A DNA stretch of 64,000 nt from an uncultured Planctomycetaceae bacterium (GCA_963785305.1 CAWAUV010000007.1:2048001-2112000); one strand, 5' to 3'. Numbered from the stretch's first letter, positions 34,831 to 46,566 are shown. Made by a program: numbers and translations. Notes: generated from the letters alone by a model not told the origin.

Positions 34831-36570
34831 GCGACGTTCCTGGTGTCGGGGCTTGGCTTATTCCTGCCCATTCGACGTTTTTTTGTCCCGATTGCTGAGT
34901 CACGCTAAGTGGAACACTATCGATCTTGAATGGCACGCCTGTCATGAAATATGCGCCGTAGCGAGTTTTTATCTCGGCAGTCGCATTGCGATCTCCCCAA
35001 GGCTTTGGATCAAAGTCATATATATCCGAAAACCGCATCGTGCCCTCAAACTTCCATTCGGTTCCATCCTCTGAGCATTTCGCCATCAGTTTCCCGGCAA
35101 CATTTATCGTAAAATGTCCGAGGGTCCCATTTGCGCTTGCCGCGCCGTCGATCGAGCCAAAAAATTCTTCGGTTTGCCCCGCGCCCCCGGACGCGGACGA
35201 TTTTGCCGTAAGATCGCGAAGCAAGTCGACAAAATAATCGTTTTCTTTGAGGCTGAAGGGTTCAGGCTTTACGTCGACTGCGTCTTGCTCGGTTAGAACG
35301 TATAGTAATCCGGTCCCCTCCCAATAATGGTCGACTAACTGCTTGGCCAGCTCATTGTTCTGCGCAAAGCGACCGAATCTGTTGGGAATTTGAGCGAGTA
35401 GCCAGCTGTTCAAGCCACTTACAGGAGCGAGCGGACCGTAGGCGGGAATGGGAGCGGGAGGACGCCTAGGAGGTGATGGAACGGGTGTCGTATAGTCGCC
35501 ATCCGCATTGGGCACCTGTTCCCATGTGCCCCACGGATCAGTTCCGACAGTCACTTGGTTCCGGACAAAGCGGCTCAAATTCGCATCTCTGCCCGCGAAG
35601 CCGATCGGGTCTTGTTGGTTCCATCTGCCGTCGGCGGGCATGTATTCGCGCGTTAGGCTTTTCAGATTTCCCGTCGCGGGGTCTTGCATGAATCCAGTGT
35701 AGCCGAAGAGGTAGTCGACGGCGGTTGGGTTCGTTTGCGACAGGGTGCTTCCGAAGGCGCTGTAGGCTATGTGATCGAGGACGGCGCCGGTCGAATCGAT
35801 CAAATCGTGGTCCGTGCCTTGGGCGTCGTCGATGGGCCAAAGGATGTTGCCGGGCGCTGTTGGGGCGGCGCTCGGGGTCGTGTATTGCTCGTCCGCCAAA
35901 ACCTGATCGACGGCGGCGCCGTAGAGGTAGCGGTCGGTGAGTTGGCCCGAGCCGTTGAATTGCATCACGACCTGGTTGCCGTCGTAGACGAGGTGTTCAT
36001 CGACGATGGTCGCGCCGGTGGAGTCGACTTCGGTCTCGGCGATCATGCGGCCGAGGGCGTCGTACTGGTAAGTGGTCGTGTCTTGCACCGCGCCGGCGCT
36101 GCTATAGGCCACCGCCGAGGTCATTTCATTGGCGTTGTTGTATGCGTAGAAGGTGTAGGCGCCGGTGGCGATGGTCGTTTGTTCGACCATGTTGCCATCG
36201 GCATCGTACTGGTAATCATACGTGCCATCGGTGATGAGCTCGTTGTCGGCGCCGGTTGTCGAGACGGCGCTCGTCGCCGAGCCGGTCGCGGGCGTCGTGA
36301 CGACGCTGGTGCGGTTACCATTGGCGTCGTAGGCGAATTGCTCGCTGGCGACCGTGCCGGAAGATGGATAATCCGCCGAGGTGAGTTGGCCGACGAGGTC
36401 ATATCCGTAGGTCGTGGCGCCATCCACCGACGAGGTGAACGAGGTCACTTCGTTCGATGGATTGTACGCATAACTAAAATCGTCGATCGCGGCGCCGCTC
36501 GAGTTCGTGTTGTCGATCGACGTGATCCGGTCGGCGCCGTCGTAGCTGTACGTCGAGGTCGCGACGTATA
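34817..36570 (-). pseudogene. Orphan RHS cassette 5: divergent core + colicin M-like tip
   Basis: YD repeats, REYMPADGRWNQQDPIGFAG..DPWG; tip LVDHYWEGTG..TLGHFTINVAG..WKFEGTMRFSDIYDFDP..R. Confidence 0.85.
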
Positions 36571-36798
36571 AGCCGGCGGCGCGCGCCGAAGGCCATTCGA
36601 CGCGCGCCAGTTCTTGGATTGTCAAAGATGAGCCGCGATTTCTCGCGCGCGAGGATCAAGCCTCGCGCAATCCGCCAAAATCCTGCGGGATTTCCCACTC
36701 AAAAACGTTCACTCATGATTCGCTGGGCCGGGACAGCCGGTGGTTGCTGAATCACTTATGGACCTAACGTGCGGCCGAGTATTTTGACCAATAGGCGT

Positions 36799-37172
36799 TC
36801 AGATTGAGTTTTCGGGAGGCGCAACACGAGGATCGCAGTAGATCCGTGAATGAAAAGGCTGACATACTTGGCCGATCGATACCGCCTGATCGTCATTCAA
36901 GAAAAGAATGTCCAGATGCTCATGTTCTCCGAACATATCTCGAAAAATACTCGAGACTCCGGCCAGGATGTCTCGCGCAAGTCATTCGGCGCGGCGATGC
37001 ATACGGCTATGCTCACATCGCTCGGATTATCGTAGTAAACGCGGCATAGATATGCAGAAATTGGCTGCCCAAAAGATTGAAAGAACTGAGATAACTTCCT
37101 CGTAAAGATATGCTCGATATTACCAATTTGTTCTCCAATAAAATGGATGCCACCTGCATCATGCTCTTCCAT
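36799..37172 (-). CDS. Stand-alone SseB C-terminal-like domain protein (frameshift near 36970)
   Basis: IHFIGEQIG..AYLCRVYY..IAVC, then in the shifted frame IFRDMFGEHEHLDILFL..VCQPF. Confidence 0.6.
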
Positions 37173-37209
37173 TGTAGGCCTCCCATTTCCGTCATATTGC
37201 CCCCGCGCT

Positions 37210-37588
37210 TCATATGGGGTCGAATTTGTGGTTTACCGCGTCTTCAGCCGTCCGGTATAGCTCACCCCAGGCAATTACCTCGACGTCCGATGGCTCAATG
37301 GTATCGAGGCCATCAGGAATTAAACAATCATTCAATATGCGCAACATGAACAAAACAGGGAAAGCCACTTATGGGGAAGAGGTGCTCGCCTTCGTGGCGA
37401 TTCGCCAGCACGAAATAATGCATATCACCGATCGCCCCCCACGGTTGACCATTGACTGGTGGCACCAGTCGAATCAAAGCGCATTCGTTTCCTGAAGGAA
37501 AGGACATTCTTCGAATAATATGGCATTCGCGCACCGGTTCAAACCGGATGCTGTCCAGAGAAGACAGGAAGTAGGTCTTATCGCCCAT
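37210..37588 (-). CDS. Soluble putative immunity protein for cassette 4 (frameshift near 37340)
   Basis: Starts 2 nt after the toxin stop; YFLSSLDS..LANRHEGE..FPCFVHV, continuing as VIAWGELYRTAEDA in the shifted frame. Confidence 0.7.
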
Positions 37589-37590
37589 TG

Positions 37591-40500
37591 TCAAAACTCT
37601 GGATTAACTCCACTGACTTTCGTGACAGTGACTGCGCCGTTCTCCAAGGCACCGGGAATAATGTACTCCGACAGGCCCCCTGGATTTCCGTCGAGAGGCG
37701 TCGCTGACCGCATTTTGACAATTTTGCTTGGGTCGCTCAGCGCTCCTTCTATTACAAATCTGCCAGTGTTTGTCACGCCACTCTCGGCTCCGCCGGATGG
37801 CAAGCCTGCAACTTGCCGATAGTTTGGCACGCTGCCGGGATTTATAGGCGTCCATGAAGCGCCCCCGGGTTTCGCGTCTCCACCATATACACGGTAGACT
37901 TTATCGCCGATCGCCGGCGGACGCAAGTTATTTTGAGCCAATGGTGATTTTGGAGAAAATAACCCGAGGCTCGTAGCGGATTGATAGGCTCCATAGCCCG
38001 CGCGAAAGATATCGACAGCCGATGCAACCGCCTCTTTCGCACCGCATTGTCCCTCGGCCACACGAGTTACTAAACCAACTGTTCCTACCGCCGCTTGCCC
38101 TGCTCCGGCGACTGCGCCTACAACGTGCAAACCCATATTGGCGACATTCAAGCCCGTCGCAGTAGCTTGAGCGGCGCGAACCGCAACTTGTGTTGCCCGT
38201 AAGCCGGCATACGCCTCGGACGTTGCAACTGCAGCCTTCTGCGCGGCTTGAACCGCTTTACCCACGCGGGCGGCCGCGGCCCCAGCGCGAACCGCTAAGC
38301 CACCACCCAAGCCCCCAGTCATTATATCTGCCGCAGCAGACGCTGCATTGAGCGCCATTCGGGCGGCATATTCTTTTCCCGTAATCCCCCCGGCCGCATA
38401 CTGGTAAGTATCCCATGCCGTAAATGCCGCAGTGATCGCGATACTCCAAAATTCGCCATTCGGATCGACATAGACGATTGGCGAATTTGCGGAATATCGG
38501 GAGAGGTTGGGATCCTGCCCACGGAAACCGATCCAGTCTTCTTGCGTCCACAGGCCATCGGTGGCGTCGTAATAGCGCGTCATGCTTTTGTCGAGGCCGG
38601 TGGCGGTGTCGTGGACGAAGCCGGTGTAGCCGAAGAGGTAGGCGACGCCGGTGTCCGACTGGCTGGTCACGGCGCCGAAGGCGGTGTAGGTGATGTGGTT
38701 GACGATCGTCGTGGTTGCGGTCGTCGCGTCGTATTCGACCAAGTCGCGGGCCGTGCCTTGGTTGTCGACCAAGGGGTAGAGCACGATGCCGGCCGCGGCG
38801 GGGAGTTCTCCCGCATCCGTCGGGTCGAACTGCTCGTCGGCGAAGACTTGATCCACCATTGGGCCATCGAGATAACGGTTCGTCAGGGCGTTCGTGCCAT
38901 CGAGGGTGGCGACGATGGCTTGGCCGTCGTACACGAACTTCGTTTCGGTCGTGGCGCCGCCGGCTACCGCGACAGTTTCCGAAACTTGCCGGCCAACCGC
39001 GTCGTACGTGTACGTCACCGTTTGCGTGACCACGCCGGCGCTGGTGTAACTCGTCACAGCGGTCAATTCGTTGCGGTAGTCGTACGCGTAGATCGTATAC
39101 GCGCCGGTGGCGATGTCGGTTTGTTCGATGCGATTGCCATCGGCGTCGTACTGGTAGTTGTACGTGCCATCGGTGATGAGCGTGTTGTTGGCGCCGGTCG
39201 TCGAGCTCGTGGTGGTCGAGCCGGAAGTCGTCGATTGGCGGTTGCCCGTCGCGTCGTAGACGTAGCCTTCATCGAGCGACGGATCGTTGACGCCGGTCGC
39301 GCCGGTAAGCTGGCCGGCCGGGTCGTAGGAGTACGTCAGGTTCTCATTGGCGTGCTGGCTATTGCTGAACGACGTGATCTCGCCCAGCGAGTTGAACGTC
39401 CACGAGTAGCCGGCGAGCGCGCCGCCCTGGGCGGTGTATGTCAAGCCGGTTAGCTCGCTGGCGCCGTTGTAGCCGTAGCTGCTTGAATACACATTCTCGG
39501 TCGCCGCCAGATCGGCATAGGTCGAGACGCCGGTGATCTGACCGTTGTTGTTGTACGAAAGATTCACCAGCTTCGGCGCCACATAATCGCCGCCGCTTTG
39601 GCCCTGCTGGGTGACGCTCGTCTGGCGGTCGAGGTTGTCGTACGTGTAGGCGTTGACGTAATCGGCGGTCCCGTTGATCGAGAGCGCGCTCGACGTTCGA
39701 TTGCCGTTCTGGTCGTAGCCATTCGTCAACGTCACCGGGCCTGAATATCCGTTGCCGGTCACGCTATCGGTCGTGACCTGGCCTTTGTTGTCATAACTGA
39801 GCGTGTCGGTCGTCGTCGGCGCGGCCGCGCTGGTGAGCTCGCCATCGGCGTTGTAAGTATACGTGTACGTCGCCGATGGGCTCGTGAGGCTGCCCCACAA
39901 CTCGGCGGTTTTTTCATTGAGCGCGTTGTACTGGTAGTACGTCGTCCGCCCATTAAAATCCGTCGCGCTGGTTTCATTGCCATTCGCGTCGTACGTGAAC
40001 GACTCGCTCACCGGCGCGTTCGTCGCCGATGGGTTTTCATAGACATCGCGCGATTCGCCGACGAGGCGATTCAAATTGTCGTACGTGAACGTCGTCGTGT
40101 TGCCGTCGGCGTCGGTCAGGCTCGTTTGATTGCCATTGGCGTCGTAGGTGAAGCTGGTCACATTCCCGTCGGGATCGGTCGTGCTGGTTTCTTGGCCGAG
40201 GTGGTTGTAGGCGTACGTGGTCGCTTGCTGGATCGGCGTGGCGATGTACGCGCTCGGGTCGGCGATGTAATTTTCGACGGCGGTGACGTCGGCGCTGGTC
40301 ACGGTATTATTGCCGAGCACATCGTAATACGGCGGCGGAGCGTCGCCCGCGGTCGGCGTGGGCAAGGCGCCGCCGCCGGTGGCGTTGTACTCTTGGATCA
40401 ACGCCAGCACATCGGCCGGCGTGACACTGCCATCGCCATTGACGTCGAACACATTCACCGGATTCTGCCACGCGGTCGCCGCGGCGGCGGTGGCCTGCTC

Positions 40501-42165
40501 GAGCAGGTTGCCGTCGGCGTCGTGGGCGTAGTCGGTCGTCGTGCCGGCCACGCCGTTCTCGGGCGCCGGCGCGGTTCGCGAGGTCATTTGGCCCAGGGCG
40601 TTGTAGGCGTAGGTCGTCGTCTGGCCGAGCGGATCGGTCGTGCTCGTGACTTCGCCGTCGGCGTCGTACGAGGTCGCGCTCGCCGCGCCAAGGCCGCCGC
40701 CGCTCGCGGCCGGCTCGATCGTTTTGATCCGCCGGCCCAGGCTGTCGTACACGTAGCGCGTGGTCGCGCCGTTGGGATCGGTTTGGGCGACCATGTTGCC
40801 ATTGGGATCGTAGACGGCGCTGGTCGTGGGACCGGGCCCGGAGCCGCTGGCCGCCGGCTGCGTGACGCTCGCTTGCTCGCCGGCGCCGTTGTAGGCGTAC
40901 GTCGTCACGCGGCCCAGCGGATCGATCGCGGCGACCACCTCGTTGTCGGCGTCGTACAGCGTGCTCGTCGTCGGGCCTTGGCCGGCGCCGCCGTTCGGAT
41001 TCGGCTGAATGATCGCGACTTGCCGCTCGAGGCCATCGTACACGTAGCGCGTCGTGTTCCCGTTGGGATCGGTCATCGAAAGCTCGTTGCCGGCGGCGTC
41101 ATACGTATAAGTAGTGGTCGGCGCGGCGGCGCCCGACGACGGCGCGGGCTGGGTGACGCTCGTCTGGCGGCCATCGCCATCGTACGCATAGGTCGTCACA
41201 TTGCCCAGCGCGTCGGTCATGCTCGTCACTTCGCCATCGAGGTCGTACCCGACATACGTCGTCGGCCCGCCGCCCGCCGCCCCGGTCGCCGCGCTGGGCT
41301 CGATCGTTTCGGTTTGCTGGCCAAGCGCATTATACACATACTCGGTCGTGTTTCCGTCGCCATCGGTCGTGGAAAGCACGTTGCCGTCGCCGTCGTAGGT
41401 GGTGATCGTCGTCGGGCCCGAGCCGGCGATGCCGGTCAGGGCGTTCGGCTCGATGACTTCGGTCTGTTCGCCGAGATCATTATACACATACTCGGTCGTC
41501 CGCCCGAGCGGGTCGGTCATCGACAGCTCGTTGCCGTTGGCGTCGTAGGTGTGGGTGGTGGTCACTCCGCTCGAGGCGGCCACGGGCGCCGACGACGCCA
41601 AGAGCGCGATCTGGCCGGCGGTGAGCGCCGTATCGTAGATCGCCACCGGGCCGATATCGCCGTCGAGATAGCGAGTGCCATCGGACGAGGCGCCGATCGT
41701 CCAGGGAGCATTGACCGCCACGGCCCCTTGCGTGCTCGCCGTGCTGCTCACAAGCGCACCGTCGGCATAGAGTTGCCACGCGCTGCCGGTGAACACGCCG
41801 GTCAAGAATATCCAATTGCCGATGTCGCCCGCCGGAATCGGCGCCGTGGTCGCTTGGTCGCTGCCGTTCCAAGTGCCGAACTGGAAGTAGCCGCTGTTGA
41901 TCCGCAGATACACTTCGGCGTCGGAATTATACGTGTAACCGTGGGCCACGATATCTTGCAGCCCGGCCGTCGATTGCACATCGACCCACGCCGACACGGT
42001 CAGCTCGCCCGAGATATCGAGCGCCGCGGAATTGCTCTCGATCGACACCGCCTCGTTCACGCCATTGAGCGCCAAGCCCGACCCCACCGGGCTCGCCACT
42101 TGCGCCGGAGAGCCGTCGACCACGCCCGTATCGCCATTGCCCGACCCATCGGGCGTCGCGCCGCA
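37591..42165 (-). pseudogene. Orphan RHS cassette 4: LamG + YD repeats + dockerin + RHS core + hydrophobic linker + ART-like tip
   Basis: 1510-aa ORF lacking a signal/N-terminus; LamG (LTVSAWV..WIFLTGVF..LYADG), WQNPVNVFDVNGDGSVTPADVL, NSPIVYVDPNG, tip VYRVYGG..SWT..GGLSEY. Confidence 0.9.
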
Positions 42166-42265
42166 TCAGAAAACTTCTTTGCGCGATCCCCAAACTGTTT
42201 TCCCCGAAAATGGTGAACATCGCGCCATGTCTCACGTCGGATGGAGTTTTCTGGAGAAACAGAAA

Positions 42266-42757
42266 TCAAGGGATTACCTTCCAAAGGGCTATCAAGCCAA
42301 GGCGATCATCCAGGAATTCAGGCTCGATCGACGACCAGCCTGACGGAGGGACTTGCGATAACTCGACACGATAAGCACAACCGACGCGAAACCCCTTGAA
42401 GTTATCAGGTAAGGCGATGTTTTTCGATTTTAAAGGAAGCTTGGGCGCAACAATATTTATTAATCCATTCTCGGGTTTATCCACGTCCATACATTTAAAG
42501 CATTCGAACTCGTCCCAATTCTGAAATCGCAGCTTTAACTGTTCATGAACAAGTATCCGCATGATTATCCGTTCGGACTGGCTAGCTTTCTGACTCCCAT
42601 CGCGACCGCCTTTAGACTGCTCAGCCACCGGTGTGTTCGGGTTGCATCCATTGCCCAAAAGCGCAAGGAACAATACATACGAAAGATAAATGGCGATTTT
42701 TTGACGAATTGTGCGAATATCAGTCTGGCGTGGTCGATCAATATGTTCCGCCTCCAT
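42266..42757 (-). CDS. Putative lipoprotein immunity for cassette 3
   Basis: Overlaps the toxin 3' end; hydrophobic stretch ending in lipobox-like LLGNGC; low GC. Confidence 0.65.
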   Translation of the reverse strand: MEAEHIDRPRQTDIRTIRQKIAIYLSYVLFLALLGNGCNPNTPVAEQSKGGRDGSQKASQSERIIMRILVHEQLKLRFQNWDEFECFKCMDVDKPENGLINIVAPKLPLKSKNIALPDNFKGFRVGCAYRVELSQVPPSGWSSIEPEFLDDRLGLIALWKVIP

Positions 42758-44387
42758 AGCCACCTCCGCCTGCGATCCCACCGGCTGCTGGACTTCCGCC
42801 GCCGGGAAGCACCGAAAATTGTTCTCGGGAATATTTAACTCCGTAGACTTTAAAGCTTGCCGCACCGCCATATTCTTGCCATAGCCAGAATAAATCGTCA
42901 GTCGTGTTGGGTTGTCCAGGAATTGGCTGCCAGTTTCTATTCGCGAATGCGTAGTTGTCGTGAAAATCGAAAGCGACGACACCGCTCCAATCATTCGTAG
43001 CCCCGGAGCATCTCGCCGTCCCGGAAAACGTTACTTCGACGTAGAGATTATGAAAAGAGTAAAACATATCGGCGCTATCGCTTCGGTCGAATTTGCTGGT
43101 AGGCTTTGGGTATGTAATCACGCCATTGAACTTCCGATCGAAGTCCTCGCCAACGGGCGTAAGGCTCGCCCCGGCCAATTCTCCCTTAAATTTCGCTCGA
43201 AAGACATCCAAAATGTTTGAAGCTTCCTTTGTGCCGACGATTCGATCGAGGTCGCTCGACGATAATACGAAATCAGTGCCGGTGCCGTCGCCGAAATGTT
43301 TCAGAAGGCTGGACGCAAGTGGCGTGCCGAAGGTGCTATAAGTCGACGCCTTGTCTTTTGCCTCCTGAATCTTTTCATCCAACTGTTGCTGAGTTAATCC
43401 GTTTGGAAGTACATCAAGCCCCGATCGATCAACGAACCGGACAGGGTCGTCCGCCGCAAATTTGCTAATATTCGCCTGCCCGCCCGCGAATCCAATCGGA
43501 TCGTTCTGCGTCCACAGCCCATCGACCGCGTCGTAGTAGCGGGTCATGCTTTTGTCGAGGCCGGTGGCGGTGTCGTGGACGAAGCCGGTGTAGCCGAAGA
43601 GGTAATTGATCGTGGTGTCGGTTTGGCTGGTCACGGCGCCGAAGGCGGTGTAGGCGATGTGGTTGACGATCGTCGTCGTTGCCGTCGTCGCGTCGTATTC
43701 GACCAAGTCGCGGGCCGTTCCTTGGTTGTCGACCAAGGGGTAAAGCACGATTCCGGCGGCGGTTGGAAGTTCCCCGGCCTCCGTCGGGTCGAACTGCTCG
43801 TCGGCGAAGACTTGATCCACCATTGGGCCATCCAAGTACCGGTTCGTCAGGGCGTTCGTGCCATCGAGCGTGGCGACGATGGCTTGGCCGTCGTACACGA
43901 ACTTTGTCTCGGTCGTGGCGCCGCCGGCTACCGCGACAGTTTCCGAAACTTGCCGGCCGAGCGCGTCATAGGTGTACGTCACCGTTTGCGTGACCACGCC
44001 GGCGCTGGTGTAACTCGTCACAGCGGTCAATTCATTTCGATAGTCGTAAGCGTAGGTCGTATAAGCGCCGGTGGCGATGTCGGTTTGCTCGATGCGGTTG
44101 CCGTCGGCGTCGTACTCGTAGTTGTATGTGCCGTCGGTGATGAGCGTGTTGTTCGCGCCGGTCGTGGAACTCGTGGTGGTCGAGCCGGAAGTCGTGGATT
44201 GTCGATTGCCTGTCGCGTCATACACGTAGCCTTCGTCCAAGGACGAATCGTTGACGCCGGTGGCGCCGGTCAGTTGGCCGGATGGACCATAGGAATAAGT
44301 CAGGTTTTCGTTTGAATGCTGACTGTTCGAGAACGACGTGTTTTCGCCGAGCGTGTTATACGTCCATGAGTAGCCGGCGAGCGTATT
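42738..44387 (-). pseudogene. Orphan RHS cassette 3: core + distantly colicin M-like tip
   Basis: Core near-identical to other cassettes; DDPVRFVDRSGL; tip ASSLLKHFGDGTG..WSGVVAFDFHDNYAF. Confidence 0.88.
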
Positions 44388-44397
44388 ATATATATCA

Positions 44398-45246
44398 CTA
44401 AATTAACGCCGGTGCCCCACCCCATTCCGCAGGTAAAAATTTCTTCCTCCATCGATAGTACGTAGCTTCGTCGATACCCTCGCGACTACACAATTCGTCG
44501 ATAGGTACGCTACATTGCATTCCGGCCCATAACACACGGAGTATCTCGGTACGCTGCCATTTTTCACCAAATGCGCGAGGAAGAGGGCAGCCAATGACAA
44601 GCAAACCACTTCGCCTTCGGCTTACAAGCGCGATGCAGTGCTTCATGATTTCTGCGCGAATACCAAACGCAATTTCCGGGTACGCAAGCGCCCAATTCAC
44701 AATCTGATGCGCAATCGACTCCTTCTCCGTTTCAATATGTCGCACATCGATCGCGTTTATCTCGTCGAGTGCCTGGCATACACTCCCATTCATGACCAAA
44801 TGCCGAACGTAGCTATACCAATAACCGGCGGCCGCGGGGGCCAACGAGATCGCATTCTTGAACTCAGTTATTGCTTGCTCGCCCTTTGTCTCGTCGTTCC
44901 TGAAGCTGCTTAAGCAGCGTGCCAAAAGCTCGTGGTACTGCGCCAGCGTAGATCGTTTCTCGACACCGTGGAGGCGGTAAACATCGTCGGGTAGAAACTC
45001 GTCCGCATTTTTTATCAGCAGACGAATCTGATCCTCGATTTTCAACAAACGGCAAAAAAATGTAGTATTCCTCGTTCGCCACGGATGCAGCCAATGCTCA
45101 AGCTCAGCGTGCCAATGGTCGAGCCGCTCTACGACTTCAGCCGTCGTCAACGTTTTTGGGAAGACCGGGATGGTAGGTATTGGCGCAACGGACCACGGCA
45201 AGTTGTTTCTAGACTCTTTCCTTCGCTTAATCATAATATTCACCAT
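44398..45246 (-). CDS. Putative immunity protein for cassette 2: TPR-like helices + C-terminal IS3-OrfA-like HTH
   Basis: ATGGTGA overlap with the toxin stop; AITEFKNAISLAP..YW (TPR-like); EILRVL..IDELCSREGIDEATYYRWRKKF. Confidence 0.65.
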   Translation of the reverse strand: MVNIMIKRRKESRNNLPWSVAPIPTIPVFPKTLTTAEVVERLDHWHAELEHWLHPWRTRNTTFFCRLLKIEDQIRLLIKNADEFLPDDVYRLHGVEKRSTLAQYHELLARCLSSFRNDETKGEQAITEFKNAISLAPAAAGYWYSYVRHLVMNGSVCQALDEINAIDVRHIETEKESIAHQIVNWALAYPEIAFGIRAEIMKHCIALVSRRRSGLLVIGCPLPRAFGEKWQRTEILRVLWAGMQCSVPIDELCSREGIDEATYYRWRKKFLPAEWGGAPALI

Positions 45247-46566
45247 TCCGTAATCCAGACCCACGCCGTAGAAACGCCGGAGTAAACGCCAGACGCGACA
45301 TAATACATTCCGTTTCCAAGATGCTCGTGGATCGTTTCCCTGCCTACGTGGATGCTGCCGATTCCGTACCCAATACCCAAGCCTACGCCACCCGCCGCCA
45401 TCGCCGCTCCGCCAACTGCGGCTGCTCCGCCGACGCCCACGTACGCCACGCCAGCGCCAGTCGTTACACTGGTGCCTGCAACGCTAGCGCCTCCCATAAT
45501 CGTTCCACCGACCGCGACGGATGTCCCATAGGAGACCACGGCGCCAGTTCCCGCGTCGCCGGCAGCGGATGCCGCGCCCGAAACGCCATCTTTCTCTGCG
45601 CCTTCCGCAATCTCCGGAACCGCTAGCGCTACGGCTATCACAATTCCGGCAAGTCCGCATTTGGCGCGTGCATTATTAAGCTGATTTTGCAGCTTCCTCC
45701 GAGTCTCGGGATTCTTCAGGACTCTTTTTATCAGACTCTTGTTGATTCCTGGAAGCGACGTCAAATCTTCGACGTCCGTAATGTTCGCTGGGATTCGTAT
45801 CTTGGTATCTTTGTACTGCACATGGGGTAGTGCGGTGCCCATTGTCTCTCCATCGATATGGACTGAGCCGCCACCGGGAACATTTATCGTCTCGGTATGG
45901 CCACCCGGATCGACTCCATTCGTCGGGCCATTGCCGACGTATTTACTAAGGTTTATCTGCCCTCCCGCGAATCCAATCGGGTCCTCCTGCGTCCAAAGCC
46001 CATCGACCGCGTCGTAGTAGCGGGTCATGCTTTTGTCGAGGCCGGTGGCGGTGTCGTGGACGAAGCCGGTGTAGCCGAAGAGGTAATTGATCGTGGTGTC
46101 GGTTTGGCTGGTCACGGCGCCGAAGGCGGTGTAGGCGATGTGGTTGACGATCGTCGTCGTTGCCGTCGTCGCGTCGTATTCGACCAAGTCGCGGGCCGTT
46201 CCTTGGTTGTCGACCAAGGGGTAAAGCACGATGCCGGCGGCGGTTGGAAGTTCCCCGGCCTCCGTCGAGTCGAACTGCTCGTCGGCGAAGACTTGATCCA
46301 CCATTGGGCCGTCCAAGTACCGGTTCGTCAGGGCGTTCGTGCCGTCGAGCGTGGCGACGATGGCTTGACCGTCGTAGATGAACTTCGTGGTTGTCGTCGC
46401 GCCGCCGGCTACCGCGATGGTTTCGGAAACTTGCCGGCCGAGCGCGTCGTACGTGTACGTCACGGTTTGCGTGACCACGCCGGCGCTGGTGTAGCTGGTG
46501 ACGCTTGTCAATTCATTGCGGTAGTCGTAGGCGTAGGTCGTATACGCGCCGGTGGCGATGTCGGTT
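45240..46566 (-). pseudogene. Orphan RHS cassette 2: core + tip with HID..PH motif and Gly-rich hydrophobic C-terminus; 5' end abuts IS256
   Basis: NGPTNGVDPGG, VHIDGETMGTALPHVQY, long GxxxG-rich hydrophobic tail. Confidence 0.88.
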
